From contig NW_003526940.1 in the NCBI RefSeq assembly GCF_000181795.1, positions 1,592,571-1,656,570 of the forward strand: DNA of 64,000 nucleotides, given 5' to 3'. The notes beneath the pieces are model-generated. The model made no database searches and was not told the DNA's origin. It worked only from the letters and a program-made list of their open reading frames with translations. Origin of the DNA: Trichinella spiralis (lineage: Eukaryota). Below are positions 1 to 13,249 of the stretch, piece by piece. Positions within the stretch are counted from its first letter, which is position 1, and every line of letters starts with the position of its first letter. Both the position numbers and the translations under genes were made by a program.

Positions 1-42
1 CACGTTTCTTTTTTCACTGTGTAAAAAAAAGGTGAAGCAGAA

Positions 43-61
43 AGAGAGAGAGAGAGAGAGA
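43..61. repeat. (AG)n microsatellite
   Basis: Perfect AG dinucleotide run. Confidence 0.9.
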
Positions 62-1052
62 TAGAAACACAAGGGTGACCCAGAGTAATGAGAATCTTTG
101 GCACTGATCCACGTAACTATAGGTCATCGTGCCAATGCTTTTAACGAACAAACACAGGCCAAGTGGTGACCGGGTGTCCAGGTCGGCTTACATGGATAAC
201 AAAGACCAATTTGTGTAAGACTAGCGTAATTGTATAATTTGTTAGCACACCTTCTTCGATTTGTCATTCTGAATTTCCCTTTCCCATTATAAATTGGTAT
301 TGCAATGACATGAACAAGACAAGCGAAAACTCCAAATAGAATATCCGTCTTTTAAAAATAACAATCACGCCAAGAATATTAGTTGCAGTTATCAGTAATT
401 TGAAGACCTCATAAATTCCAGATTTACACAAATTCGAAAATTATTAAGCAAGATTAATTTCGATAAGGTCATCTGATGACTGGTCAGTCCCAATCGGGGA
501 CCATAAACGGTCGACATATTTCAAATGACTTTTCAAAGTAACCGCCAGCTGCATTTCATTTCCCTTAAAGACATTTGATGATTATTAAATGACTCGTACT
601 GGTGTAATAAATTCCCTCAGGCTTCACTGGTGTCAGTTAGTAAAAATCCCAAATGTCCTTTTTTTAATGAGAATCAATTTAAATGTTCACCTTGAAAAAA
701 ATGTAAATCATCACTTCACAAATAGAGTTCTGAGGCAATAGTCAATGACATGCTTCGGGAAATTTAGCCGATTTGAGATGATAAATACGAAGAAAAGCTG
801 CTTGCGTGACCTTTACGCTTCAAGGAAATGTCATTTAAACCACTTGAGTACACGGAAATGCTTGTTCAACTGTGACCACTTAAATTCTTCAAAATGTACA
901 ATTCGTCTCACTTTTCAAAAACAAAAAACTACCTTCTCCCGTGTTGTTTTTTTTTATAAATAATTTTTTTTATTCTACATTAAGCTGAATCCGATACGCA
1001 AAAATGGAGTTCGGGCAGTTCGACAGAGGCAAACAATTCCAACGCATTTTCG

Positions 1053-2220
1053 ATGACCACAGTGGACTCTTGCGCCGCCGAGAAGCCCAACGACGAGAAC
1101 AGAACACCACCACCACCACCACCACCACCATCAAAACCTGCGCATTTCTATTCACACTCCGATCACGGATGTTATTCTGCCTGTGCGGTCTGTTCAAATA
1201 CATATGACGATTTCACTCACAATTATTATAAAAAAATAGAGGTAAACAAATAAATAATACAAGCTAGATAACAGTTATTAAAATGTTTTATTTTTTTTTC
1301 AGATGAAATATCACCCTGATGATTATATGAAAAAGCAGGCTTCAATACAGCCGGGCATGCGTTCAATTCTCGTAGACTGGCTAATTGATGTTTCAAGTGA
1401 ATTTAATTTGGATGAGCAGACGTTGCAGTTGGGCATATCCTTGACGGATCGTTTTCTATCCAAAATGGGATGCAACAAGAGCAAATTGCAATTAGTAGGC
1501 ACGACCGCCCTGATGATCGCTTCGTATGGCCAATTGAATTTGAAAAAGTTATACCAAATTATGTTTTAAAATATATGTTTTTTTCCATTTTCCAGAAAAT
1601 ATGAGGAAATTTTCCCACCAAAACCGGTTGAATTCATTCAAATGACTGATGACAGTTACACGTTACAGCAAGCAATTCGACTGGAAAGAATTATGCTCAA
1701 AACTTGTGACTTTATGGTGAACGTACCGACGATACACACATTCCTTTCGCAGTACTTGTGCAAATTGGAGGCAAACACATCAACGCGGTGTTTAGCTTTG
1801 GTAAATGATTATTCAAAAAGAAAAAAAAATAATGTTTTTTACCGTCTTTCGATTGTATGCTTCTTTCTTTTCAGTACCTCAGTAATTTGGCTTTGATGGA
1901 ATACAAATGTGTTCAGTATATGCCTAGTGAATTGGCTGCTGCATCTGCTGCACTTTCTTTCAAAATGTCCGGCGACAGCAGTATCGTAAGAAACACGATT
2001 TCATTTCATCAACAATTAATTAACTAATCACACTGTTCATGTTGGCAGGGCAAACGATTGGAAGCATGCAGTGGATACAACATGACAACGTTGAAACCAA
2101 TCATGCGCTTATTACTGGTGCTGTATTCAAATGCTGCTTGGGGTGAACTTAAGGCGGCGAAAAATAAATATGAACAAAACTGTAAGTTTTTGATTGGATC
2201 TTTGTGAAATTTATATTTAT

Positions 2221-2261
<41 letters not shown>

Positions 2262-2292
2262 CTTTTCAGCCTCCACCATCACATATTCATGA
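1053..2292 (+). CDS. Cyclin A-like protein (multi-exon; true start may lie upstream)
   Basis: Cyclin box MRSILVDWLIDV, KLQLVGTTALMIASKYEEIFPP, MTDDSYT and YLSNLALME...YMPSELAAAS join across GT-AG introns. Stop TGA at 2290-2292. The frame stays open back to a possible acceptor near 984, so an upstream exon is likely. A poly-Pro tract is encoded by (CAC)n at about 1105-1130. Confidence 0.85.
2224..2257. repeat. (TA)n microsatellite in the last cyclin intron
   Basis: Perfect TA run. Confidence 0.9.
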
Positions 2293-4213
2293 TGGGAAAG
2301 AATTCGATACAAAAGCTGTCTGTCTGCTGTCGCGTTGGTTGGTTTTTCAACAACAATATACCATTTTTGCACTGCCGCTCACTCACTCACTCACTGCCTT
2401 GAGTAACTTTCTCATGCGAATTTATGCTGTTCTTTTTAATTTTAGGCAACGATTGTGATTTTAACCTGGTAGATTATCAAAATTTGTGCAGTTTTATCAT
2501 TTTCTTGCACAAATTTTAAATGTTACTGTTAAATGTAAAGACTCAGTTGACGAATAAAATTGTTTAAAGCATATTTTACGCGAAACAGGTATGAAAAGCA
2601 AAATCAATTAGTTAAAGAAACGTCAACCAACATAATATAATCTTCGTCACTTACCGGCTAAGCAGCGAACGTACTTTACAACAGAATTGTTATTTTGTAG
2701 GAAAATTTATCTTCTCGAATTCTTTACATTCCATTCTATCAACGATATCTAAACACAGAAAATTTCACACTTACGTAACTAAAAATAGATTTTAAAATTT
2801 TATGTATAAGGAATCCTTGGTTTGAAACTTTCACATACAAACAGCTGATAATGTGAAAAAAGTTACAACAACAAAATACTCAAGATTTAAACAACAACAA
2901 TTTTATTTATTGAACATCATCAATTAGCGAAAATTACTCAGAAAGTATTATAGCATTTTCTTAAAAAAAATAAAACAAAATTCAATTAGAAAACCTTTAG
3001 TTTGCTGAACACCACCGAATACTGTGAAGTATCAGGAAAACTGATGGCTTCGTTTCAACTGCTATAACGAAAATATTTTTCAAAATTCAAATTCTTTTTT
3101 TTAATTATGAGAAAATATCAATACGTTACTGCACTACCACCAAACGCTCCATAGAATTTTTAATTAAAAGTGTACTGTAGTTTTGCAGTAATGCTAAATA
3201 AAAATGAAAATTGAGTACAAATTTGGAAAAATTAAAATTGTGATGTAATTAATAATAAAATTGCGATTTATCATGCTTTCTTTAAATTAAACATAATATT
3301 TCTTATTTTATAGCTGTTGGAACTTTGAAACTGTATGCAATTGATGAGTATATTTTTTTCATTATCATCTTGCTTCGAACAAATTAACAAATGGAGATGG
3401 CTATAATTTGGACAGAAAAACTGTCCGTGGTTTTCTTACATGTTAAATATGCTTTTACAAAATTGCTATTTTCATAAATTTCAAATTTGTAAGCACTGTC
3501 GACTGTATATTTCCGTTTTGAATATAATTAAATCCAGTGTAATGTATTCTCAAACTGAAAAAATTATTCATATGCTTTTTTTATTATGGTTCAGTAGAAT
3601 TAGAACCAAGCCAGTTCAGTTCAACTGAACTATCGGCAGAATTATCGAAACTATTTTGTGTTTTTCCTTACAAAAATTAATGTGCATTTCCTCTTCTTTC
3701 ATTTACATTCCTTTTTTAAACAAAATTCGAAAATTACATGAAAACTTTTAAAACAAATTTAGCTGCATTTCATTTTTTGTTAATAACGTTTTCCAGAAGT
3801 AAACAGAATATTTAAGAAATAAAATTATCCACTATTGAAATTCATATATGATAAATTGCATGTACCTTTAAGATCTGTATCTATTGTACTTACATTTTTA
3901 TTACTGTACCTTCTTAATCAGGTTAAAGTATCATTTGTTTTTTTAATTTTCATTGCTTAATTCCAGTTAAAAATGATTGTATGTATTTACAATAGAGTTT
4001 TTATATCTTCATTTCAACAATTTTGAAATTTTTAGAGTTTCTGTGATTGCGTGTAGTTTTGAACAGTATATTCTATTCTGAAATGTTTTTAAAGTGAAAT
4101 TAAAATTGTGTGTTAAATATATTTTTAGTTCAATTTTAGAAATTCATTGGAAAGTGGAGAATTAACATGCGAAGTGTTTAGAACTATTGTTATTTAGTTC
4201 AAATTGATTAAAG

Positions 4214-5046
4214 ATGACTGAATTTTCCTTGTCGTCTAAAGCGACTTGTTTAATGATTCTGCACGCTGCAAAATACCCACATTGTTGCGTTAGTGGCATT
4301 CTGCTTGGTAAAAAGGATAAAAATGACCAAGTGGTTAATGTTGTTACTGTTATTCCGCTTTTTCATCGATGGCATCAGCTATCTGCAATGGCAGAAGTTG
4401 CCTTGATGCAAGTAATGAGCAGTTGCATTAAAACAGTTGAATTATGTTAAATTACAATTGAAACAAATTTTAAGATTAATATGATGATCAACGAATCACA
4501 ACAGCAAATTGTTGGATATTATCAAGCAAACGAGTTGCTAAACGATGATTCGTAAATTTTCATTTATTGCTCTTTTGTGTTGATTGGTGATTTTTGTTTT
4601 GCTTTTAGTCTCGATGCCAGTGCCTTAAGATTTGGAGAAAAAATCCTCTCCTACTTCAATGATGCCGTTGTTGTTTTGGTAAAATGATTTTTAAAAAATT
4701 CAAATCTTTTTAATTAAAAATAAAAATACATTTTTAGTTGAAAAACAGCAGTTTGTTGAATTTTTCTAATGCAGGTTGTTTTAAAGCCTTCTCTTGGAAT
4801 GGTAACAGTTGGAAAGTGAAAAGCCCTACGCAGTATGATATGCTTTTTTTAATTTTTCAAAGAATTTCGTCAGATTTATTTTTATTTAGATTTTACTTTG
4901 ACAAAGTTTCCAAAATCCAAAGAGTCGTGGAAGCTTGTTTCGAAGCGAAACTTTATCGAACTTTGTGTGATTTCGATGATCACTTGGAGAATGTCGAATT
5001 CGATTTTACGAATTCAGAAATTGGTGATATGATTGATTCGATGTAA
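4214..5046 (+). CDS. EMC8/9: ER membrane protein complex subunit 8/9 (UPF0172/NOC4 family)
   Basis: MILHAAKYPHCCVSGILLG, IPLFH, MAEVALMQ, IVGYYQANE and C-terminal LCDFDDHLENVEFDFTN; five short exons with GT-AG boundaries. Confidence 0.9.
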
Positions 5047-6530
5047 CATATTTTATTATTAATTTAACGATGTTATTTATTTGGCAAAACAAGGCATAAG
5101 AAAATAAAAATTAATACATAGTTTGTTCGTGAAAATCCTAAGTTTGGCTTACCGTATCATTGCCTACTGCAATAAACATTGACTGAAAATTCTTTTAACT
5201 TTCCATAAAAATCATAATATAATTAATGTTTAATATTGTGTTAATCTGTATATATTTTTCCACATTTGAAACTTGTTTTATACATATACATATACATATA
5301 CATATACAAAAAAGAATTAAGCAGTATCGATACCTTGACCTGCGATAAAACAAAGAAATGTATGCTGGAAATCACTATGCAGTTTAAACATGGAAAAAAA
5401 ATTAAAACAGCATCGAATTTTGGACAAAAATGATTTATACGCATGATCATTGGACAAAACGATGAAATTAAAAAAATTTAATGGTAAACAAAAAAAATGT
5501 TGATCATGTTGAAAAATTTTCAGCGAATTCATGAAAAATGAAAATGATTTTGATCTATAAAATCACGAAGAATATAATTATTAAAATAAGAAATTTTGAA
5601 AATGGCCTGAACTTTTTGGACAAACAATGAAACAGAAATTTGTTAGGCTGAAATGAAAAGTTGGCAGAGTCAGTTGGAAGTTGTTATTCACACTAACATG
5701 ATGTTAGATAAAATGCAATATTTTGTTGTTAGTTTAGTTTATTAATGTAAATTTATACTGATAAAATTGATTGTATTTTATTTAGATGGCTTTTCATTTG
5801 GGAACGTTTTGTTTAAATGTTTGTCACTAGAATCTGCTATAGAAGTGTTCAGTCGTGTTGTCATTCGAGATGATCATTTAAAGATAAAGTTAGACAACTT
5901 CAAAATTATGGAATCACTTGCTGTTTCAGTGAATGCTGAAATTTAAAATCATTAAAAAATATTCAATTATTTGAATAATTTAAATTTTTTTTTAATATAG
6001 TTGTGAAAAATTGGAAATTTATTGTAAATTCGTTCATCGTAGTTAAACTAGAAAATTGCTAGAACTAAAAACTGGAGAAAAGTACTAAGATTTTGGTTAC
6101 AGAATCTTTAAATTTTCGTGCATCATGCAGTTTCCAATGAAAAATAACATTTGTCATTATAATCAATGAAATAATTTTCTTACTTTTTAAAATTATTTTC
6201 CTTCCATGCGAAGAATGATTATATTTTAATTTCACTCGGATTAGTGTAACTGTATGAACCGTAAGCGAGAAAAGTGTATGCTAGGCTGGAAGCTTAACTT
6301 CAGTTCCACAAGCTAATGACGCTGTTGATTTAATTCTTTCATTTCCTGCTACTCTAGGAATAGTGATCGATACATCTTACTACAAGCAGCCAGTGTCCAT
6401 CAGCAAAATAAACAAGTTTATTTAATACTACAATGAGATATGCATCACAACATCACAGAGATGAAAAAGATAAGCACGCACTTATTTGCCGACGTGTTGG
6501 GCATAGATGATAAACATAAGAAATCGCTCA

Positions 6531-6572
6531 CTACTACTGCTACTACTACTACTACTACTACTACTACTGCTA
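6531..6572. repeat. (CTA)n microsatellite, imperfect
   Basis: CTA triplet run with two CTG interruptions. Confidence 0.85.
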
Positions 6573-7054
6573 CAATTGCTAACTCTGGTGAGAATGCTTT
6601 CGCCCATTGTTCCGGCTGAGTGCAAATTGGCACGATGCGCATGTGATTTTCATGACATCATAGCTAAATTATGAAAACCATATGATACAACTGTATTCTT
6701 CTTCTTCATCCATGCAAAACATAAAACACATGGTATATTTGTTAATTATCAGACAAATTAGTGCTTAAGGGTGATCAAAATTATAAATAGTAAAATTTTA
6801 AATTGATTGAAAATCTTTTCACTTGTGAAATTTTTTGTTTTTTATTATTTTATGTGTTTTATAAAAGACTGTTTCTTGTGATATTTATAAATACATATTA
6901 TAAAATGAAATAAAATCATTATTGTAGGACATTGACTACTGACATTATTAATTTATTTGAAAATGTGCAAAATAATCAATTTCAAACGTAAATAACAATA
7001 TATATCAACATGTTGGAAATTTTCATTTCGAATATTTTGTTCAAAACAACTGTA

Positions 7055-7152
7055 GCCCCAGTGGCGCAATTGGTTAGCGCGTCGTACTTATAAAGCAGTA
7101 CAGATCTGCTAGCGATATGCGAAGGTTGTGAGTTCGATCCTCACCTGGGGCA
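7055..7152 (+). tRNA. tRNA-Ile-TAT: tRNA-Ile, anticodon UAU, with a 24-nt intron (7093-7116)
   Basis: Acceptor stem GCCCCAG/CTGGGGC, A-box TGGCGCAATTGG, anticodon stem TCGTA/TGCGA with loop CT-TAT-A, intron after position 37, B-box GTTCGATCC, and a T-run terminator just downstream. Confidence 0.95.
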
Positions 7153-7618
7153 AATCGTTTTCACTTTTACTTTTACGCATCATTTCACAATAAATGTTCC
7201 ATATCGCATTCAAATACGCAATTTGTAAAATAATGCTCGACGACGAATAAAGCGTTGACATAATGTTTTGACAATTTCAAATATTCAAAGGTTTATTACT
7301 GTAGGCTTTTCTCAAGTGTGTAACAAGAAGTGGTTGATGTAAAAAAATTGATAACAACGAGTGAATAAACTTTTTCTTGCACAATTTTTGTTCATTTGGA
7401 GTCCAGTATTTGTTTTCCATTGAATGCTTCAATTTTTCAAACGCGTGCAAAAATTGAACTTGATTTTCTTTAATTTACAGTACGACATGTTTATTTACAT
7501 ATTCCACGTCGGCCGATGTCGGGTGATTTGTTTTCTGGTGATGGTAATAATAGTGTTCGGTGATTCCGCTGGTGGCACCGTTTCGAGTCTGAATGGTTGA
7601 AATTTTTTTCAAGTTCTC

Positions 7619-8569
7619 ATGGAGACACTGCCGAGTGAAGTTTTGTTGTATATTTTCAACAAGTTGGAAGTTTTAGACCGACTCTCGTGCAGTTTGGTCT
7701 GTCGTCGTTGGTTCAATCTGTTGGGTGGGGAGTTGCGTTCGTTGACCAGCCTGGAATTGGTGTTCGTGGGCGACAAATGCGACGCAGAGCTCTACTTCGG
7801 CCCGTCCATGCACTTCGGTGCGGTGTGCTTGTCGATGAGCTTGTGCGCCTGCCAGTCGCACCGTCTCAGACGCCGGCAGTTGTTGGACATGGTGCTCGGA
7901 ATTTCGGGTCAGTATCTGCGGTCGATCTTCATCGACGACCACATCCTCTCGAAAACCGAATACGCTCTGGATCCGGTGATTTTTCGTATGCTCTTCGACA
8001 CTTGCCCCCATTTGGATACGTTGCACATGGACAATTTGACCGTGCCCGTCAACTGCCAATTGACTCTGTTCCGCATTGGTGAATTGAAACGGCTCCAGAT
8101 TTTGCGCCTGGTCGACTGTCATCCCATGCATGTGTTCAACGATCGACTTCTGTTTTCCGTGATCAAGAACAACACTTTGCGCGAATTGACCGTCAGCGGT
8201 ACGAGCTTTATTAGCGATTCGACCCTGGTTGCTTTGGGCAATTATTGTCCCCTGTTGCGCAGGCTCGACGTCACCGGCTGTTCGAGCCTCACTGCCGCCG
8301 GATTTGTCCAACTGTTCAGGAGACTGGTCACCAAGCAGCACGATATAGTCTACGTCAACGTCACCGGCGTGGGTTTGGACGGCCATTCGTTGAGATATTG
8401 GATGTGTCGCTCGACGCAGGACAATGACGACGCTGCCCACTCGGAAGAGTCGGACGTGCGCGAACACCTCCTCGCAATATCCGAAACACGAATGGGCACT
8501 GGTCATTCGGCTTGTTACATGCGCAGATGCACTTCTCCCAAGAAAACGTTGCTTCTTTACACGAATTAA
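7619..8569 (+). CDS. F-box / leucine-rich-repeat protein, intronless
   Basis: N-terminal F-box LPSEVLLYIFNKL...CSLVCRRW, followed by FBXL-type LRRs (ISDSTLVALGNYCPLLRRLDVTGCSSLT); single 316-aa ORF. Confidence 0.88.
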   Translation: METLPSEVLLYIFNKLEVLDRLSCSLVCRRWFNLLGGELRSLTSLELVFVGDKCDAELYFGPSMHFGAVCLSMSLCACQSHRLRRRQLLDMVLGISGQYLRSIFIDDHILSKTEYALDPVIFRMLFDTCPHLDTLHMDNLTVPVNCQLTLFRIGELKRLQILRLVDCHPMHVFNDRLLFSVIKNNTLRELTVSGTSFISDSTLVALGNYCPLLRRLDVTGCSSLTAAGFVQLFRRLVTKQHDIVYVNVTGVGLDGHSLRYWMCRSTQDNDDAAHSEESDVREHLLAISETRMGTGHSACYMRRCTSPKKTLLLYTN

Positions 8570-8760
8570 CCAAATTGCAGTTTGTCTGTTGTTTGTTATA
8601 CGATGAAAAACTTTTTTTAAATCTTATTTATTTATTTTAACATGTATTATATATATATATATATATATACAAAAGCACATGTATACAGATATACATATTA
8701 CACCTACATGTGTATTATACATTGTCAGTGAAATAAAACATATGTATCGTTTGTTTTGCT

Positions 8761-11700
8761 TTACAAGCCAAAACGGCCAGTACGATGTGGAGTACTTTTG
8801 GTGGGATCGACACGACCAGGCGTGGCAATTTTGGGGGTTTTCCATTGCGCACGAAGGGCAGCTTCTTGTTTGGCTTTTTGCTCGTCGATTTGTTGCTGTG
8901 CATCGCGCATTTCACGTTCCATAGTTTCCATATCTTTCAGTGCCCGAATACGATTTTCCTTAAATAATGAAAGTGTGTGTGCGTATGTGTGAAAGAGAGA
9001 AAATAGAAGTAATTAATTAATTATACTACTTACTTTTCGACTCGAACCAGATTCTTTAACTGTGTAAAACATGGGACCCAGTTCGGCCAACCAGTAGCCG
9101 TCGACCGCGGTCACGCACTGCATGTACTCTTTGGCGGTCATTACCAGCTCGTGGTAGACGACATAATCCGGCGTGTAGCCCATGCCGAACAGTGCACTGG
9201 TCGGATGCAAGAAACAAGGTATTCCAGTACGTAAATTGACATATTCTCCAATGCCTTTCAATCTGAAATGCATAGTCAATCAATCAATCAACCAATAATC
9301 AGCAGAAAACAAGCAAGTTTGCACCAACCTGGCCGCGTTGTGAAAATACGCCGAACAGATACACTTGCGAACAATATCCCAGTCGGTACCGCAGGATTGG
9401 ATAGGCATTTTCTGCTGGTCCATGATGTCCTTCAATTGGGCCCGTATTTCGCGCACTTTGCGCATCGCTTTCACGTGGACAAAGTGGTCGGCGCACCAGC
9501 TGGCACTGTACCTGTGCACCCGCCACTGCTGGTACACGTTGAGCAGAGTCAAGTGGTCACTTTCGGGAACTTGGAATTTTTCCCGCTTCGCATCGCCGTC
9601 CTCTTCTCGACCCTTGGGTCGGTAGAATACCGACGGCACCGACAGCATGCTCACAACGGTCAGCACTTCTTCGCTGCAGCCCATTTCGCAGGCGACGATG
9701 AGCATTTTGGACAGGGTCGGGTCGAGCGGCAGTTCGATCATCCGGCGTCCGAGTTTGGTCAACTGGCCGGTGTTGTCCAGCGCGCCCAACGTCCACAACT
9801 GGTACATCGAGTTGAGTAGGTTGTCTTGGGGCGGTGCGTCCATGAAGTGGAATTTCAACAGATCGTCCACGCCGAGCGATTTCAACAACAACACCACGTT
9901 CGACAGGTTGGTCCGCTGAATCTCGGGTACGGTATTGGGCAGCAGTTCCTCTTCGTACTGGCGTTCCGTGTAGAGGCGGTAACATTGGCCGGGTCCGGTG
10001 CGGCCGGCTCGACCCGAACGCTGGTTCGCGCTCGCCTGGCTGATCGGGAACACTTGCAAAGCGTCCATGCCGATGCGCGGGTTGAACACCTTCAACTTGC
10101 AATAGCCGGGGTCGATGACGAACAGTATACCGTCCAACGTGAGCGACGTTTCGGCGATGTTGGTCGCCACGACGCACTTGCGACTGTTGTCAACGGCGCG
10201 GTGGAATATCCTCGCCTGCAGGTCGGCCGGCAATTGGGAATAGATTGGCAAAACGGACAACGGGGGCGCGTCGTCCAACTGGTCCAAACGTTGGGCAATC
10301 AAGGCGCAAGTCGCCTCGACCTCCTCCTGGCCGGGCATGAAGATGAGAATGTCGCCCGGCAACGGGGCACCCAAGTGGACGCTGACCGCCTGCTTGACGG
10401 CCGCTTGGACGTGGTCGTCGACCACCAGCTTGCTGTGGGACACTTGGACCGGGAACGTGCGGCCGGGTATGTTGAAGACGGGTACGTTGCCGAAAAAGTC
10501 GGCGAACTTGGCCGCATCCATGGTCGCCGACGTGACGATCAATTTCAAATCCCGACGCCTGGCCAGCACCTCTTTCAACAAGCCAAACAGCACGTCGGTG
10601 TTCAACGATCGCTCGTGGGCTTCGTCCATGATCACGACGCTGTAGTGGTCGAGATCCGGCTCGCGCAAACATTCGCGCAACAATATCCCGTCTGTCATGT
10701 ATTTGAGCACCGTCGCCGGCGACGTGGCATCTTCGAAACGTATAGCGTAGCCGACCTGCTCGCCCAACGCCACGCCCATCTCGTCGGCAACCCGTCTGGC
10801 GACCGACATGGCCGCCACGCGCCTCGGCTGCGTGCAGCCGATCATCAAGCCCCGGTCCGCGTAGCCGTCTTCGAACAAATATTGGCTGAGTTGGGTGGTC
10901 TTGCCGCTGCCGGTCTCGCCGACCACCACCACAACGCTGTTTTCGCGGATGACGTTCAACAGCCGCTGTCGGACCGCGAACACCGGCAAAAATTCCCTCT
11001 GCTCTTTCAGGCTTTTTTTCTGCGTAAATTCCGACGCGCCACCGCCCGCGGTCCCATCGCCGGCCGACCCGGCACCGTCGTTATCCATGTGCTCGGCGAA
11101 TCGATTTCTCGCCTTGTAATCGTCGGCAAAATCCGCCTCTGTTCCACCACCAACTTGCTGTGAATTTGAATCCGACTGCTGCTTGGTAATGCCCAACAAA
11201 TTGCCCAACTGGGTACCGCCCAGTTGCCAGTGTTTCTCCTGGTCACGGCGTCGTTCCTCTTTTTCGCGCCACGCCCTGATCGCAGCGCTACCTTTGCGCG
11301 CTATGATCGCCATGTCGGACGTCGGATCACGGACCGGCACAACCGGCTCGGGTTGTTTGGTGAAGACGATTCGACCGTCCAAAAAGGGCGGCACCAAATT
11401 TTGCACCAACAAATTCACCCGACTTTCGGCATCCTCTTCCAACAAAAGTTCATCTTCTTCCAATTCCAACTTGTCGATGATACCGCTGCGAAACAGGCGG
11501 TTGTTTTCCCACTTTTCGTTGTCTTTTTTAATTTGCAACTGCCTAGCCGTCAACGGCTTTTTGTTCTTCTTCATTTTGTTCTGCTGCTGCTCTTCGAAAT
11601 GTTCCTCTCTTCTTTTCCTGTACTCATCCGACACCCAGTAGAACGGATTGTGCTCTTCGTCCAAACACTCTTGCGCCTCTTCCATCGCATACCAGTCGCG

Positions 11701-12688
11701 ATCCAGACGACGCTGTTCGTCTTCCCACTCTTCACGTTCCTGTGCACTGCTGAAAATTATCCGCCCCTCTTCCTCATCTTCTCGGTCGTCACGATACGAG
11801 CAACTGCCCGGATGTTGTCGACGCCAACGTTCGGTCTGGCTCATCTCCGACGAACTGGTCGGTCTGACCAGGCCTGGCGCCGGACTGTTCCATGGCAAAT
11901 CTCGACTTCGGAATCGTCCACCGCTCTGCGCTCTGTACACCTCTTCGTCGTCCCAACGACATCGAGATGGCGTGAATGGAACCTTGAAAAGTGGCGTTGC
12001 CGGCTGCTGTGGTCTGCTTTTCCGTTTCGAAGACCAACCACAATTGTCGTCGTCGTCGTCAACGTCTTGTTCCCTTTTCACATCTCTACGATGACCACGT
12101 TTTGTCGCCTTCTTCGACGATGCCGCCAAACCACGCCCTTCATCGTGATTTCGTTTCTCTACCCAACTGAACAAACATTTATATTAGAGCAGTCAATAAA
12201 TAATATAGACAATATGTGACGTCATAGGAAATGAATAAATCAAATTTCATAATTCAACAACTTCCTCTTTTCTACTTCCTACAAATTTATTTTCACTTTC
12301 ACAAATCAACTATGACACATGCAACAATAACATCGTTTTACTTTGGATTTAAATTTCAAATAAACAAACAAACAAAAACTCACTTTGAAATACGACCACG
12401 AACACTGTCGGTCACGCCGCTTCCAAGATCTTCATCTGTTGATCGATAATGACGTTTGTCCATAATTCGTCTCACCTTTTCACGTTCCTCGACTTCTTTC
12501 CTCCTTTCGGCTCTTTTCGCTTCTGCCAATTTATCCAAACCCAACAGCGACACTTTCGGATCCAACGATTTGTTGTCCTCTTTCCTCTTTTTGATCACCA
12601 AACCACCGCCAGTCTGCTTGCTCCCTTCGAGACGATGCAACGAACGATCATCGTCCCCAATTACCGCCTTACTGTCTTCATCTTCCAT
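8761..12688 (-). CDS. PRP16: Pre-mRNA splicing DEAH-box helicase PRP16/DHX38 (mog-1 family)
   Basis: [25 protein letters not shown] and QRSGRAGR motifs; N-terminal SLLGLDKLA and RLDRDWY. Exons 12688-12384, 12166-9329, 9262-9034 and 8958-8761 join in frame and end in RFGL*. Confidence 0.96.
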
Positions 12689-13249
12689 TGCTACTCTAAA
12701 AATGACGCTTCAAACAAAAAAAAGAAGAAAAAGAAGAATTGTTCAAAAGTACATTCGTGATCTGGATTATTTCATCCAAAATGTCTGTGTTCAATTGAAA
12801 ACGAAATCAAACGGAATAAACCACACGAATAAATTTATTCTCAAATGATGAATGATAAAAAGAAGAAAAAACAAAAACGTTACCTTTGTAAAAAGGCACC
12901 GAATTTGCATTTGTATACGTACAAATTTCCTCTTCTTCGTACAAATAAAAAGTCATGAAAAAATAATGATAATTGTTTTACAACCAACAGTATTTTTTTA
13001 CATTTCATAAGCCCGTCTTCTGAAAGAAAAAAATCGCATTCCAATAAATATTTCATCTTCGGCTACTCATGCAAAGCTTTGCGTGTCAACGCACAGAATA
13101 CTGGTTTTAAAAAGCAAAATGAAAGAAAAAACTGAACTGAATAATCATTATCCATCAATAGCTTCGAAGATGAATTATATAAATGTAATGATAGGCTAAA
13201 TGCAGCTAATAACAGGCGCAGCAATTGTAAAACAAAAAAGAAACCCGTT

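Noticed and set aside
60..820. Several AGGTCA/TGACC nuclear-receptor half-sites upstream of the cyclin gene
   Set aside because: No convincing direct or inverted repeat spacing; cannot be distinguished from background by eye.
6230..6660. Slightly GC-richer stretch with a poly-Thr/poly-Val ORF
   Set aside because: The ORF is produced by the (CTA)n microsatellite; no coherent exon chain found.
7673..12219. Long antisense ORFs (277, 445 and 331 aa) over the F-box and PRP16 genes
   Set aside because: Expected shadow ORFs of GC3-rich coding sequence; no recognisable domains.
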